From assembly GCA_003134815.1 (NCBI GenBank), contig PLCO01000042.1, positions 13,174 through 77,173 of the forward strand: DNA of 64,000 nt. Direction: 5' to 3'. The stretch is from Acidobacteriaceae bacterium (lineage in GTDB: Bacteria > Acidobacteriota > Terriglobia > Terriglobales > Acidobacteriaceae). Of the stretch, positions 25,217-35,040 are shown piece by piece. A model generated the notes under the pieces. That model worked only from the letters and a program-made list of their open reading frames with translations, searched no databases and was not told the DNA's origin. The position numbers were made by a program, and so were the translations under genes. Position 1 is the stretch's first letter, and every line of letters starts with the position of its first letter.

Positions 25217-25786
25217 TTACTTCTTGCCCTTCTTCTTAGCGGCCTTCTTGGCTTTCTTTGCGGCCTTCTTCGCCGCCTTCTTGCCCGTGACCTTCTTGGA
25301 AGCCTTCTTCTTCGACACCTTCTTGCCTGACTTTTTCGCCGCAGACTTCTTGGCAGCTTTCTTTGCCGGAGCTTTCTTCGCGGCCTTCTTGGCGGCCTTT
25401 TTCCCCGTCGCCTTCTTTTTCGTCACTTTCTTGGCGGCTTTCTTGGCCGGAGCCTTCTTCGCCGCAGCTTTCTTGGCCGGAGCCTTCTTCGCCGCCTTCT
25501 TTGCCGCAGCCTTCTTCGGCTTCGGCGAGGCCGCGGGCTTCGCAATAATCGCGATCACCGTCTCTTCGGCGATCACTTCATCGTCATCTGAAGAGGTAAG
25601 AATGCCGGCAGTTTCAAACTCATCTTCCTCTTCAAACGCTTCAACCTGTCCGGGGCCCAGGTCGCTCGGCTTCCCAAACGGGTCGCCGTCACTCATCGCA
25701 TACATCCTCAAAACTTCATCCATCCCATTGCCTCCAGCGGATCGCCGCTGTTCATTTTGCGTTTCGTCCATCTCGAGAGCAGGCAA
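25217..25786 (-). CDS. Histone H1-like Lys/Ala-repeat nucleoid-associated protein with acidic N-terminal domain
   Basis: C-terminal about 110 aa are AKK/KKAA repeats (KKAAAKKAAKKAPAKKAAAKK...); the N-terminal half is Asp/Glu-rich. Confidence 0.75.
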   Translation of the reverse strand: MPALEMDETQNEQRRSAGGNGMDEVLRMYAMSDGDPFGKPSDLGPGQVEAFEEEDEFETAGILTSSDDDEVIAEETVIAIIAKPAASPKPKKAAAKKAAKKAPAKKAAAKKAPAKKAAKKVTKKKATGKKAAKKAAKKAPAKKAAKKSAAKKSGKKVSKKKASKKVTGKKAAKKAAKKAKKAAKKKGKK

Positions 25787-25958
25787 AACAGTTTTGCTCG
25801 CGCAAGCGATTGTAGCCTTAGCTTGCCCTCAAATACAAGAAGAACACAAGCCTGGAATGCGGGTTTAGGCGGATTTTTTTACGGTGAGGCCTCTGCCACG
25901 CCGCCCGACTCGCCTGTCGCCTTGCTCGCCCGCGTCTCCTTGCCCCCATAACCCGTCT

Positions 25959-27875
25959 TCAGTCCGTCTTCGCCCCGTGGTGCCTGCCCTTTGCCGGAGC
26001 CTTGCTGTTCGGTTTTTGCGCCTTAGTCGCCGGTTTATGCGTCGAAGCAGCCCCGCCGCGCCTGGTCGCGGCAGCCCCCGTCCCCGTTCTCGCCCCGCCG
26101 GCGGCGGTTCCGGTCCCGCGCCGACGCCGGCTCGTCGCGCCGACAGGCGTCGGTTCAGCCACATGGAGCCTGCGTCCGGGTGCCACCCGAATGCCCGACG
26201 GGATCGCGTTCCAGGCCCGCAACTGGCTCAGGGAAACGCCAAACCGGTCCGCAATGGTCACCAGCGTATCGCCCCTGCGAACGGTATAAAGCCGCATCCG
26301 GGCCGAGGGCTCCGCGGCGGGCGGCACCGGCACAACCAGCGCCTCAACGCTGGCAATGCTGTCGCCGGAGCTCAGTTGGTTGGCCGCGGCAAGTTCGCCC
26401 GCCGAAACGCGATACTCCTCCGCCACCGAAGCCAGCGTGTCGCCGGCAACCACCGGGTGGTAGCGCCACGAGTTGCGACGCGCCTCGGGAATCAGCGCCA
26501 CGCGCTGGTCAAAAAGTGTGGCCGTGCCTGCGGGCAAATGCAGGTCGAAGGGCGCATCAGGCGGGGTCGCCATGCGCAGCAGGCTTGGATTCAGCGCCTC
26601 CACCTCATCCACCGGCGCGCCCACCAGGTCGGCCACTAATCGCAGATCGATCGAATAGTTGATCGTCACCGTGTCCGTCAAGATCGGCGGATCGAGGGTG
26701 ATGTCGTCAAAGCCGTATTGCGTGGGGTGGTTGGCGATGAGGATCGCCGCGAGAATTTCCGGAACGTAGTTCGCGGTTTCTTTGGGCAGTTCTCCGCGTT
26801 TATAAAGCTCCCAGAAATCCGCGTAGCCGGTCTTCTCTACTGCCTGCTGCACGCGGCCCGCGCCCCAATCATAGGCAGCCATTGCAAGATACCAATCGCC
26901 CAGCTGGTTGTAGAGGAATTTCATGTAGCGGGCGTATGCGCGGGTGGATTTTTCCGGGTCGAAGCGCTCGTCGACGTAAGCGCTGAAAGCAAGCCCATAG
27001 GAGGGATCATGGGGCATGAACTGCCACATGCCGCCCGCCCTGCCGCCCGACCTGGTTCTGGGGCCGATGGCCCTGGGATTGAAGCCTGATTCGGCAACCG
27101 CCTGATAGATCAGGTCCTGAGGCACGCCCTCCTCGGCCAGAATCCGCTGGATCATCGCCTTGTAGTGCCCGCTGCGCTCAAACGAATGCAGCAGCGTGTT
27201 GTGCCCCTTCTGCGTGTTCGAAAAAAAGTTGATGTACGTGGCCACGTAGTCGTTCACCAGCAGCGGAAGGTCCGATTTCGTCGTCGCCAGATCGGCCGTC
27301 GCCTTGGCCACCAGGTTCGGATCGGAAGCAAACGTAATATCGCTCGCCGCCTCCGACGGCGTCAGCTCTTCCTTGGGCACAAATCCGTTGCCCTGTTTCA
27401 GCGCCTCCATCTCCAGCGCGTTCACCTGGTCCACAATCTTGTCGAATTCGTCCTGCAACTCGGGCGTGCTCTTGATGTCCAGCCCGCTCGCCAGCATCAG
27501 GTCCACCGCGCGGTCGAACTCCACCTTCGCCTCGCCGAGCATTCCCTTCTGGTAGTCAGCCTCGCCGCGCGCATAAGCCGCCTCAACCTGCGCAATAATC
27601 GCGCGAACGCGCAGCTCCTCTGCCGTCGGCGGGGGCGGCGGGGCCGGTAGTGCCTGACGCGCTGCTTGTTCTGGATCAATTGCGGCCAATGCCGGCGCTG
27701 TTGCCTGTTTCGGCTGCGCCGCCGTGGCCACTGCCGGGTCAGTCGGAGTGCACCCGGCCAAAGAAAGCGCCAGCACGCCCACTCCCATCATCAGCCCCGA
27801 CGCCCGCAATCGACTCCGATGCCTGTGCGCGAAACCACGCAACCAACCGCGCAACTGTGAGGCCGCAATCGACAC
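25959..27875 (-). CDS. MltD-like lytic murein transglycosylase lipoprotein with three LysM domains
   Basis: Lipobox LALSLAGC; SLT catalytic region (AVAESGFNPRA...GGMWQFMP); three C-terminal LysM-like units (VVAGDTLASVAEEY..., YTVRRGDTLVTIADRFGVSLSQLRAWN). Confidence 0.9.
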   Translation of the reverse strand: MSIAASQLRGWLRGFAHRHRSRLRASGLMMGVGVLALSLAGCTPTDPAVATAAQPKQATAPALAAIDPEQAARQALPAPPPPPTAEELRVRAIIAQVEAAYARGEADYQKGMLGEAKVEFDRAVDLMLASGLDIKSTPELQDEFDKIVDQVNALEMEALKQGNGFVPKEELTPSEAASDITFASDPNLVAKATADLATTKSDLPLLVNDYVATYINFFSNTQKGHNTLLHSFERSGHYKAMIQRILAEEGVPQDLIYQAVAESGFNPRAIGPRTRSGGRAGGMWQFMPHDPSYGLAFSAYVDERFDPEKSTRAYARYMKFLYNQLGDWYLAMAAYDWGAGRVQQAVEKTGYADFWELYKRGELPKETANYVPEILAAILIANHPTQYGFDDITLDPPILTDTVTINYSIDLRLVADLVGAPVDEVEALNPSLLRMATPPDAPFDLHLPAGTATLFDQRVALIPEARRNSWRYHPVVAGDTLASVAEEYRVSAGELAAANQLSSGDSIASVEALVVPVPPAAEPSARMRLYTVRRGDTLVTIADRFGVSLSQLRAWNAIPSGIRVAPGRRLHVAEPTPVGATSRRRRGTGTAAGGARTGTGAAATRRGGAASTHKPATKAQKPNSKAPAKGRHHGAKTD

Positions 27876-28090
27876 TATGGCGATGATAAGCTATGCCATA
27901 GAGGACGATCTGCGCCGCGCGCTCCGCTACAGCGGAACCAGAGTCAATTTATCCCGAAAGCACGGATCCCAAGTCGACGCGACCATCAGGGAGCGGCGAC
28001 CTCACACAAAACTCAAAAGGGTGAAGTTACTCTGGTTCCGCTCTAATTCGCGCATAGTACACCCGATACAACCCCTCCGAAAGCCTTCCC

Positions 28091-29902
28091 ATGGACGCCC
28101 GTTTCCTTCGCAACTTCGCCATCATCGCGCACATCGATCACGGCAAGTCCACGCTCAGCGATCGCCTGCTCGAGCTCACGGGCTCGGTCACCGATCGCGA
28201 AATGCAGGCCCAGATCCTCGACGATATGGACCTCGAGCGGGAGCGCGGCATCACTATCAAGGCCCACGCCGTGCGCATGATGTACAAAGCCCGCGACGGC
28301 CAGACCTACCAGCTCAACCTCATCGACACGCCGGGCCACGTCGATTTCAGTTATGAAGTCTCGCGCTCGCTCGCTTCGTGCGAGGGCGCCCTTCTCGTCG
28401 TCGACGCAAGCCAGGGTGTCGAGGCGCAGACCCTCGCCAACGCCTACCTCGCCATCCATCACGGCCTCGAAATCATTCCCGTCATCAACAAAATCGACCT
28501 GCCGTCCGCCGACATTCTCCGCACGCAGGAGGATATCGAGCAAGCCGTCGGCCTCGACGCCACCGACGCCATCCCCGTCAGCGCCAAAACCGGCCAGGGC
28601 GTCGACGAAGTTCTTGAAGCCATCGTCCGCCGCCTCCCTCCGCCAACCGGTGATCCCGACGCGCCGCTCCAGGCCCTCATCTTCGACTCGTGGTTCGATC
28701 CCTACCGCGGCGTCATTGTCCTGGTGCGCGTCATGCAGGGAACCATGCGCAAAGGCCAGCGCATTCGAATGATGTATAACTCGAAATCCTTTGAAGTCGA
28801 GTCCATGGGCGTGCTTTGCCCCAAGCCCGTCGAAATCGGCGAGCTCATCGCTGGCGAAGTCGGCTTCTTCGCCGCTACCATCAAGCACGTCGGCGACACA
28901 AAAATCGGCGACACGATCACTGACGATGCCCGCCCCGCGGCGCACGCTTTGCCCGGCTTCGAAGACATCAAGCCGATGGTCTTCTCCGGCCTCTATACCG
29001 TCGACTCGCACGAACACACGCTGCTTCGCGACGCCCTTGAGAAACTCCGCCTCAACGACTCGTCCTTCTTCTTCGAGCCGGAGAGCTCCGTCGCCCTCGG
29101 CTTCGGCTTCCGCTGCGGCTTCCTCGGCCTGCTCCACATGGAGATCATTCAGGAACGCCTCGAACGCGAGTACGAGCTTGACCTCATCACCACCGCGCCC
29201 GGCGTCCGCTACCACATCACGCTCACCGACGGAAAAGAGATCGACGTCGACAACCCATCCCGTTGGCCCGAGCCTCAAAGCATCGCCAGCATTCGCGAGC
29301 CGGTCATCACCGCCAAAATCCTCACCAACGAGGAATATGTCGGCGGCATCTTCAAACTCGTCGAAGAAAAACGCGGCAAGCAGATCAATTTTGAGTACGT
29401 CACGCCCACCCGCGTCATGCTCACCTACGAGCTGCCGCTGAATGAAATCGTGCTCGACTTTTACGACCGTCTCAAGTCCATCTCGCGCGGGTACGCCTCG
29501 CTCGATTACCAGCTCGCCGGCCAATGGGAGTCGCCCATGGTCAAGCTCGACATCCTCATCGCTGGCGAGCCGGTCGACGCGCTCTCCATCATCGTCCACC
29601 ATGACCACGCCTACGAGCGCGGCCGGGCTCTCGTCTCGAAAATGCGCGAGCTCATTCCGCGCCAGCAGTTTGAAGTCGCCATTCAGGCGGCCATCGGGGC
29701 CAAAGTCATCTCTCGCGAAACCGTCAGCCCTCTACGCAAAAATGTCCTCGCCAAGTGCTACGGCGGCGACATCTCCCGCAAACGCAAGCTGCTTGAGAAG
29801 CAGAAAGAGGGCAAAAAGCGCATGAAGCGCATCGGCAAAGTCGACATTCCACAGGAAGCTTTCCTGGCCGTCCTCCGTGTCGGCGAAGAACAGCAAAAAT
29901 GA
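28091..29902 (+). CDS. lepA: Translation elongation factor 4 (LepA)
   Basis: 603 aa; [29 protein letters not shown] GTPase motifs and the LepA-specific C-terminal domain. Confidence 0.97.
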   Translation: MDARFLRNFAIIAHIDHGKSTLSDRLLELTGSVTDREMQAQILDDMDLERERGITIKAHAVRMMYKARDGQTYQLNLIDTPGHVDFSYEVSRSLASCEGALLVVDASQGVEAQTLANAYLAIHHGLEIIPVINKIDLPSADILRTQEDIEQAVGLDATDAIPVSAKTGQGVDEVLEAIVRRLPPPTGDPDAPLQALIFDSWFDPYRGVIVLVRVMQGTMRKGQRIRMMYNSKSFEVESMGVLCPKPVEIGELIAGEVGFFAATIKHVGDTKIGDTITDDARPAAHALPGFEDIKPMVFSGLYTVDSHEHTLLRDALEKLRLNDSSFFFEPESSVALGFGFRCGFLGLLHMEIIQERLEREYELDLITTAPGVRYHITLTDGKEIDVDNPSRWPEPQSIASIREPVITAKILTNEEYVGGIFKLVEEKRGKQINFEYVTPTRVMLTYELPLNEIVLDFYDRLKSISRGYASLDYQLAGQWESPMVKLDILIAGEPVDALSIIVHHDHAYERGRALVSKMRELIPRQQFEVAIQAAIGAKVISRETVSPLRKNVLAKCYGGDISRKRKLLEKQKEGKKRMKRIGKVDIPQEAFLAVLRVGEEQQK

Positions 29903-30138
29903 TTAGCAAAAGTAATGCCAAACTCTTGCTTTTCCGTGGCTTTTGTTAAAGGAAATTCATGGCCATCTGTGGAAACCGGCCAGCACCGCCCATGGGGCAA
30001 TCCGTGCGCAGGTCATTGCCGGCCGCGACGGCCTTCCAGGAAACGTCCCTTCAAAAACAACAGGTTAGGCCTTCTATCAGAAATAGAATTGGCCTGGCAA
30101 GAGGGAAATTTCGCTTTATTTCTAGGGCTATCGGGGAA

Positions 30139-30159
30139 TTATCCACAAAATTTTCCACA
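30139..30159 (+). promoter_or_regulatory. Two tandem DnaA-box-like 9-mers
   Basis: TTATCCACA (30139-30147, perfect consensus) then AAA then TTTTCCACA (30151-30159, one mismatch); a third weaker box in inverse orientation is TGTGGAAAC at 29968-29976. Confidence 0.5.
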
Positions 30160-30184
30160 GCGGAGGCCGCTCAGCAAAAGCAAA

Positions 30185-30219
30185 GGCCCCGCCAGCAAAA
30201 CCCTAGCTGGGCAGGGGCC
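30185..30219 (-). terminator. Probable rho-independent terminator of skp (usable from both strands)
   Basis: GGCCCCGCCAGC-AAAACCCTA-GCTGGGCAGGGGCC imperfect GC stem; on the minus strand it is followed by TTTGCTTTTGCTG, 68 nt after the skp stop. Confidence 0.5.
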
Positions 30220-30286
30220 CTTAATTTACGCCAATCCTCAAGCTAACGCCTGTGCGCCTCAGTCGCCGTTTCTTAGCGGCCGCTTC

Positions 30287-30946
30287 TCAATGGCTTGGCG
30301 CCGGAGCATGCGCCGGAGGAGTAACCCCTTTCGGTTTCGGCGCGTCGGCGGCGGGCTGCGGCGGCGGAGCCGGTACGCCCGACTTCACGTTGTACGCATC
30401 GATCACCGGCTTGGTGATGTTGCTCGCCGCGGTGGCATACAGCACTGGCGATTGCTGTTGCGAAATGTCCAGAACCAGCGTGAACCCCTGCGACTCGGCG
30501 TACCCCTGCATCACGTCGTAAACCTTCGCCTGCAGGCTGCTGAACAGGTCCTGCATATCCTGCTGGCCGTCGTTGCGCAGGTCTTCGGTCTCGCGGTCCA
30601 ATTGCTTCTTCTTTTCGTCGATGGCCTTGCTGCGATTGGCGCGCTCAGCCTCGCTCAGCGTAGTCCCCTGGTCCTGCAACTGCTTGGTCAGGGTCGTGAT
30701 CTCGTCGTTAAGCGACTTGAGCGAGGCTTCTTTGGGTGCGTACTTCTTTTGCAAATCCGCAAAGTCACGCTGCCCCTCGTTGGTTTGCGCCACGGCAGCC
30801 TCCCAGGCGATGACCGCAATCTTGGCGGGGCCGGCGGGCGCCGCCGCTGGCGCAGGTGTTGCGGCCGGAGCGGCCGGCGTTTGTGCGGCGGCATTCAGCG
30901 TAATCCCTGAAGCCAGCAAAAGAACAAGCGTAAGCGATCGTTTCAT
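30287..30946 (-). CDS. skp: OmpH/Skp-family periplasmic chaperone (copy 1)
   Basis: Start at ATG 30946 (AAGGAG upstream): MKRSLTLVLLLASGITLNAAAQ signal; coiled-coil core with FADLQKKYAPK...LKSLNDEI..LTKQLQDQG; Pro/Ala-rich tail ending APAPSH. Confidence 0.85.
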   Translation of the reverse strand: MKRSLTLVLLLASGITLNAAAQTPAAPAATPAPAAAPAGPAKIAVIAWEAAVAQTNEGQRDFADLQKKYAPKEASLKSLNDEITTLTKQLQDQGTTLSEAERANRSKAIDEKKKQLDRETEDLRNDGQQDMQDLFSSLQAKVYDVMQGYAESQGFTLVLDISQQQSPVLYATAASNITKPVIDAYNVKSGVPAPPPQPAADAPKPKGVTPPAHAPAPSH

Positions 30947-31182
30947 CTGAGTTAAAAACTCCTTTGGAATTTCTGGGGCCGGCACTTCAGTTAGACGCAA
31001 CAAGGTGCCCGACTCTAGCGTGTCTGTCTCTTCTGACAAACCTCACACGCTTTTCTTGGGGATTCTCCGCGCCGGTCGGCGCAAAGGTTGAAAAGATCGC
31101 GAACGGAAACGTCAGCAGGAACTAACGCGATTATACAGGGGCCGCCGGCCAGTCATCACTTGTTCCCCGAGCCTTTGGTCTT

Positions 31183-31229
31183 ATGTCCCTATGTCCCTGC
31201 GTCCCTGGTCACTATGTCCCTACGTCCCT
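31183..31229. repeat. Tandem octamer array (GTCCCT-type), six units
   Basis: ATGTCCCT ATGTCCCT GCGTCCCT GGTCACT ATGTCCCT ACGTCCCT, ending 3 nt from the stop codon (31233-31235) of skp copy 2. Confidence 0.8.
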
Positions 31230-31232
31230 GTT

Positions 31233-31889
31233 TCAATGCGCCGGCGCCGGCTGAGGCTGAGGCGCATCCACCGCAGGCTGGCCCCCTGCATCTCCCTGCG
31301 CCGGGGGAGCCGGTATGCCCGACTTCTCGTTATACGCGTCGATCACAATCTTGGTAATGTCCGTCGACGGCATGGCATACAGCACCACGGCCGTCTGCTG
31401 GTCGCCCGCGTCAAGCACCAGCGTGTAGCCGTGCTTTGCGGCATAGTCGGTCATCAGCGCGCCCACCTTCACGGCAACGCTGCTCATTAACTGCTGAACG
31501 TCGTTCTGGAAGTCGCTCTGCGCATCCTGGCTGTCGCGGTCCATTTGCTTCTTCTTGTCGTCCAGGGACCGCGTCTTGCTCACCCGCTCTTCTTCGCTTA
31601 ACTGCGTTCCCTGATCCTGCAACTGCTTGGTCAGCGTGTCGATCTCGTCGCTCAGGGTCTTCAATTGCTGGCGCTTCGGGTCGTACTTCTTCTGCACGTC
31701 GGCAAAGTCGCGCTGGAACTCGTTGGTCTGGCTCACCGCCGCCTGAAAGGCGATCACCGCGACCTTGGCCGGGCCGGCGGCCGGCGGCGTACTGGGCTTT
31801 TGCGCGGCAGGCGCCGCGGTCGTCTGGCCGGCGGCTGGAATAAGCGCTGCCGCGGCGAACACAAGAACGGATATGGGAAGATGCTTCAT
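31233..31889 (-). CDS. skp: OmpH/Skp-family periplasmic chaperone (copy 2)
   Basis: MKHLPISVLVFAAAALIPAAGQ signal; FADVQKKYDPKRQQLKTLSDEIDTLTKQLQDQG parallels copy 1; tail ends PQPAPAH. TTG 31898 is the track start, ATG 31889 is preferred. Confidence 0.85.
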   Translation of the reverse strand: MKHLPISVLVFAAAALIPAAGQTTAAPAAQKPSTPPAAGPAKVAVIAFQAAVSQTNEFQRDFADVQKKYDPKRQQLKTLSDEIDTLTKQLQDQGTQLSEEERVSKTRSLDDKKKQMDRDSQDAQSDFQNDVQQLMSSVAVKVGALMTDYAAKHGYTLVLDAGDQQTAVVLYAMPSTDITKIVIDAYNEKSGIPAPPAQGDAGGQPAVDAPQPQPAPAH

Positions 31890-32136
31890 GCGATTCAAGT
31901 ACTCCTTCGGAGTTCCCGCGTGCCAATCCCGTCAGCGCGCCGGTCTCGGGCCCCAGCATCTGCTTGCCATGCTGTTCAGGCTCCGTCCGGCAACGAACTT
32001 GCTCTCAACATCTCCGCTCGGGGGCATCGCCGGGAACTAGAGGGGATTATAAGTGCCTCAATTCCGAGCGTCAAACCGCCGCGTCCTCGGCGCACTCGCT
32101 TGCCCGGCTCAACCGCTTAGCTGATTTAAAAACGCC

Positions 32137-35040
32137 CTAGAACGTCGTCGAGACCGTCAGCCGGAACGTCTTCCTCGGCTCGCGGAAGATGTTCTGCGCG
32201 CCGTAGGCCTCGATGGCTTCCCCGTAGGAGAAATCGCCCGCGCCGCCCGCCGGGAACATCGCGCGCGTAATCAACCCGGCCGAGCAGCTCAGTTGCTTCT
32301 GCCCCAGGCTCACCTCGTTGCAATACGGCCTCTCATACAGGCGTAGCGGGTTGTAGGCGTAGTACAGCCGGAACGGCGCATTGATGATCGGCATGATCAC
32401 TGAAAGCTCGGTGCCCAGGGACATGCGCGGAACAAAGTTGGTGCCGGACACCGGGAGGATATTCTGCTTGAACCCGACTTTCGAGCCGGGGATACCGCCC
32501 TGGCAGGATCCGTTGTTGTACACCGGGCAGCCATAGAGCGGCGCTGTCAGCGAGGCAAAGCCCTGCGGACTCTGTGTCAACTGTCCGTGACTGGCCGCGA
32601 CGTCGATCCCGAAGTCGTCGAAGAACGAGAACATGAACGGGCCAACCACTGGGATGCGGTACTCGATGTTGGTGGTCAGGCTCGTATCGCCGCCGATAGA
32701 AGCAATGCCGTAGACCGGGAGCGGAACCTGGATGCACTGGTTGTCTTGCGGATTCGTCGGGTCGCGGGGAACGCAGCTTCCATCCGGATTGGTGAGCTCA
32801 AAGTTGACCCGAGTGGGCACGTAACCGTACGGCGTTGCGCCGCGCACGTCAAACCCGCGCAACTCCTGCTCGCCGCCGGCGTAAAAGCGGTTGTTTGGCG
32901 GGGCTACATCGCCGCCGAAACCGGAGATGTACCCTAGCTGCGCGCGCACCGCCAGCACGTTGTGACCCTCTTTTGAGAACTTCAGGTCGTGCATGGGAAT
33001 GTATTGCTTGTACGCGATTACAGGGTTCACGTAGCGGACGCTGCCCCAGATGCCTGCGGTCTGCACAAACAAGGAGTATTGCTTGCCCCCGCGCGGCCGC
33101 ACGGGATCGTTGACCGTGTCGTAGGTGTAGGTAAGCGAGAGATTGCTGTTGATGATGCCTGCCAGCGGGTTCGATCCCTGCACTCCGGATCGGAAGGAGA
33201 TCGTCTGGAAAAATGCCGCTGAGGCCGAGCTGAATGCCGTGATCGTCGACTTGGTCAGCGAATACGTCACGCCCACTCGCTGGAACGCGTGCTTCTTCAG
33301 CGGGTAATTGAGCGAGAAGTTAAAGCCGTCCGAGCCCACGTTGTAGTTCTGCGTCAGCGACTGCTCCGCCGAAGACAGGTTCAGTGACGCCCCGGTCGTG
33401 GCCTGATAGTTCTTGACTGCGTTGTAATCCTGCTTGTTGTTGAAAATCTGGAATCCCAGGTTGATCGGGCGGTTCCGTATGTACGGCTGCGTAAACGCAA
33501 ACATGAAGGTGCGGCTCACGCTGCCCAGATTTGCCTGCAGGCTCAGAGTCTCGCCCAATCCCAGAAAGTTGTTGGTCGAGTAGTTCAGCCCCAGGAAGGC
33601 GCCCGAGTACCCGCTCACGCCGCCGTTCAAGCCGATCGAGTTCTTGCCTTTCTCCTTCACCTTCAAAAGCAGTTCCACGGTGCCGTTATCCGGATCCTGG
33701 TGCGCCTCGGAGTCCTGATCCACCTTCAGCGGGTTGAAGTACTCCAGTTGGTTCAGGCGGAGCAGGCTGTACTCCCACAACTGCGAGTTGTAGACTGAGC
33801 CCTCGTCCAGCATCAATTCGCGGCGGATCACCTTATCGCGCGTGATGGTGTTGCCCGTAAACTCGATGCGCGAAACGAAGAACTGCTTCCCTTCGTCGAT
33901 GTCGATGTTCATCGAGACGGTTTTTTTCTGGTCGTCGTAGGTGATCTTGGGAATGGCGCCGAAGTTGATGTAGCCCAGACCGCCGTAAGCCTTCTTCAGG
34001 GCCTCCAGGCCCTTGCTGACTTCGGTCGCGCTGAACCAGTCGCCGTCCTTGATGGGGAAAGTGGAGCGCAGGGCCTTCACATTGGTGATCTGCTTGTTGC
34101 CCGTGAACGTAATCTCGCCCAGCCGGTAGCGTTCGCCCTCCTCAATCGTCATCGAGATGTCAATGCTCTTGCCGTTGCGCGGCCTGAATGTGAACCAGTT
34201 CAACCCGCCCTCGTCGCGAATCTGCGTCTTGGGTTGCTCCACGGCCGCGTTGGCATAGCCCTTGTCGCGGTAGGCCTGCCGCACGCGCTCGGTGTCCTCC
34301 TCGAGCTTTGAGGAGTCGTAGGTCTGCGGGAACAGGTCCTCAAAGACGATGGAATACGGAATGCCGATCGGCTTCAGGTTCTTCATCGAGCGCCGCAGGT
34401 AGACTGCGTTCAGATGCTCATTGCCCACGAAGGTGATCTTGCCCACCTTCACCACCGGGCCTTCCTTGATGTTGAACGTCACCTGCACCGAGGCCGGTGG
34501 AACCGTCTTGACGTCGGTCTTGATCGTCGCAAACTGGTGGCCGTGCTGCGCAAGCAGTTCCTCGATTACATTTTCAGCGTGCTTGATTCGCGTGGGATCG
34601 TACTGGCTCTCCACCGACAGGCCCACCTTGTCCTTTTTAAAGGCGTCCAGAATGTCGGAGTTGGTTATTGAATTGTTCCCTTTGTAGATAATGTCTCTGA
34701 TCGTCGGCTTCTCCCGGACAAATACGTCCAGGATGACCCCCTTCTCTGAGTCCTCGCGCTCCAGGCGCAGGTCCTCAAAGTAGCCGGTGTTCCAAAGAGA
34801 GTTGAAGTCGCGCTCGATCGAGATGGGATCGTATGTGTCGCCCGGATGGGTAAACATGCGCGCCAGGATCGTCTCCTTGGGGATGCGCCGGTTGCCGATG
34901 ACCCGAATCTGATCGATTGTGTCTGAGCTTTGCCCGAACGCCGCTCCCGCGCTCGATACCAGCGCCAATACCATGAGAACCCGCGCCACGCGCCTCGCGG
35001 CGCATGCGGCGTCGAAGATGAAAGTGTGCCTGATCTTCAC
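32137..35040 (-). CDS. bamA: Outer membrane protein assembly factor BamA
   Basis: POTRA repeats (IDQIRVIGNRRIPKETI..., ITFVGNEHL, ITFTGNKQ, IEFTGNTITRD) and a C-terminal beta-barrel ending ...TFRLTVSTTF. N-terminus trimmed to GTG 35040 (signal ...VLMVLALVSSAGAAFGQ); the first 89 track codons translate repeat DNA. Confidence 0.9.
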   Translation of the reverse strand: MKIRHTFIFDAACAARRVARVLMVLALVSSAGAAFGQSSDTIDQIRVIGNRRIPKETILARMFTHPGDTYDPISIERDFNSLWNTGYFEDLRLEREDSEKGVILDVFVREKPTIRDIIYKGNNSITNSDILDAFKKDKVGLSVESQYDPTRIKHAENVIEELLAQHGHQFATIKTDVKTVPPASVQVTFNIKEGPVVKVGKITFVGNEHLNAVYLRRSMKNLKPIGIPYSIVFEDLFPQTYDSSKLEEDTERVRQAYRDKGYANAAVEQPKTQIRDEGGLNWFTFRPRNGKSIDISMTIEEGERYRLGEITFTGNKQITNVKALRSTFPIKDGDWFSATEVSKGLEALKKAYGGLGYINFGAIPKITYDDQKKTVSMNIDIDEGKQFFVSRIEFTGNTITRDKVIRRELMLDEGSVYNSQLWEYSLLRLNQLEYFNPLKVDQDSEAHQDPDNGTVELLLKVKEKGKNSIGLNGGVSGYSGAFLGLNYSTNNFLGLGETLSLQANLGSVSRTFMFAFTQPYIRNRPINLGFQIFNNKQDYNAVKNYQATTGASLNLSSAEQSLTQNYNVGSDGFNFSLNYPLKKHAFQRVGVTYSLTKSTITAFSSASAAFFQTISFRSGVQGSNPLAGIINSNLSLTYTYDTVNDPVRPRGGKQYSLFVQTAGIWGSVRYVNPVIAYKQYIPMHDLKFSKEGHNVLAVRAQLGYISGFGGDVAPPNNRFYAGGEQELRGFDVRGATPYGYVPTRVNFELTNPDGSCVPRDPTNPQDNQCIQVPLPVYGIASIGGDTSLTTNIEYRIPVVGPFMFSFFDDFGIDVAASHGQLTQSPQGFASLTAPLYGCPVYNNGSCQGGIPGSKVGFKQNILPVSGTNFVPRMSLGTELSVIMPIINAPFRLYYAYNPLRLYERPYCNEVSLGQKQLSCSAGLITRAMFPAGGAGDFSYGEAIEAYGAQNIFREPRKTFRLTVSTTF

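Noticed and set aside
28043-29608. 521-aa minus-strand ORF opposite lepA. The same kind of ORF lies opposite other genes: 7656..8729, 10609..11595, 12899..13621, 15314..16012, 22891..23709, 24020..24619, 25224..25868, 25884..26639, 29915..30910, 35684..36601, 38249..39313, 39461..40099, 40771..41745, 48935..50065, 50203..50949, 52590..53864, 56623..57600 and 57706..58593
   Set aside because: These are high-GC antisense shadows of confidently identified genes. The products are Arg/Ala/Gly/Pro/His-rich and lack motifs.
29959-30246. 95-aa ORF in the lepA-skp spacer
   Set aside because: The product is basic and low-complexity, no RBS is seen, and it spans the DnaA boxes and the terminator hairpin. 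The region is treated as non-coding.
29903-30286. Replication origin (oriC)
   Set aside because: Only two good DnaA boxes and one weak one are present. No dnaA/dnaN/gidA-type neighbours, no clear AT-rich 13-mer unwinding element and no DnaA-trio pattern were seen. It is reported only as a DnaA-box pair worth checking.
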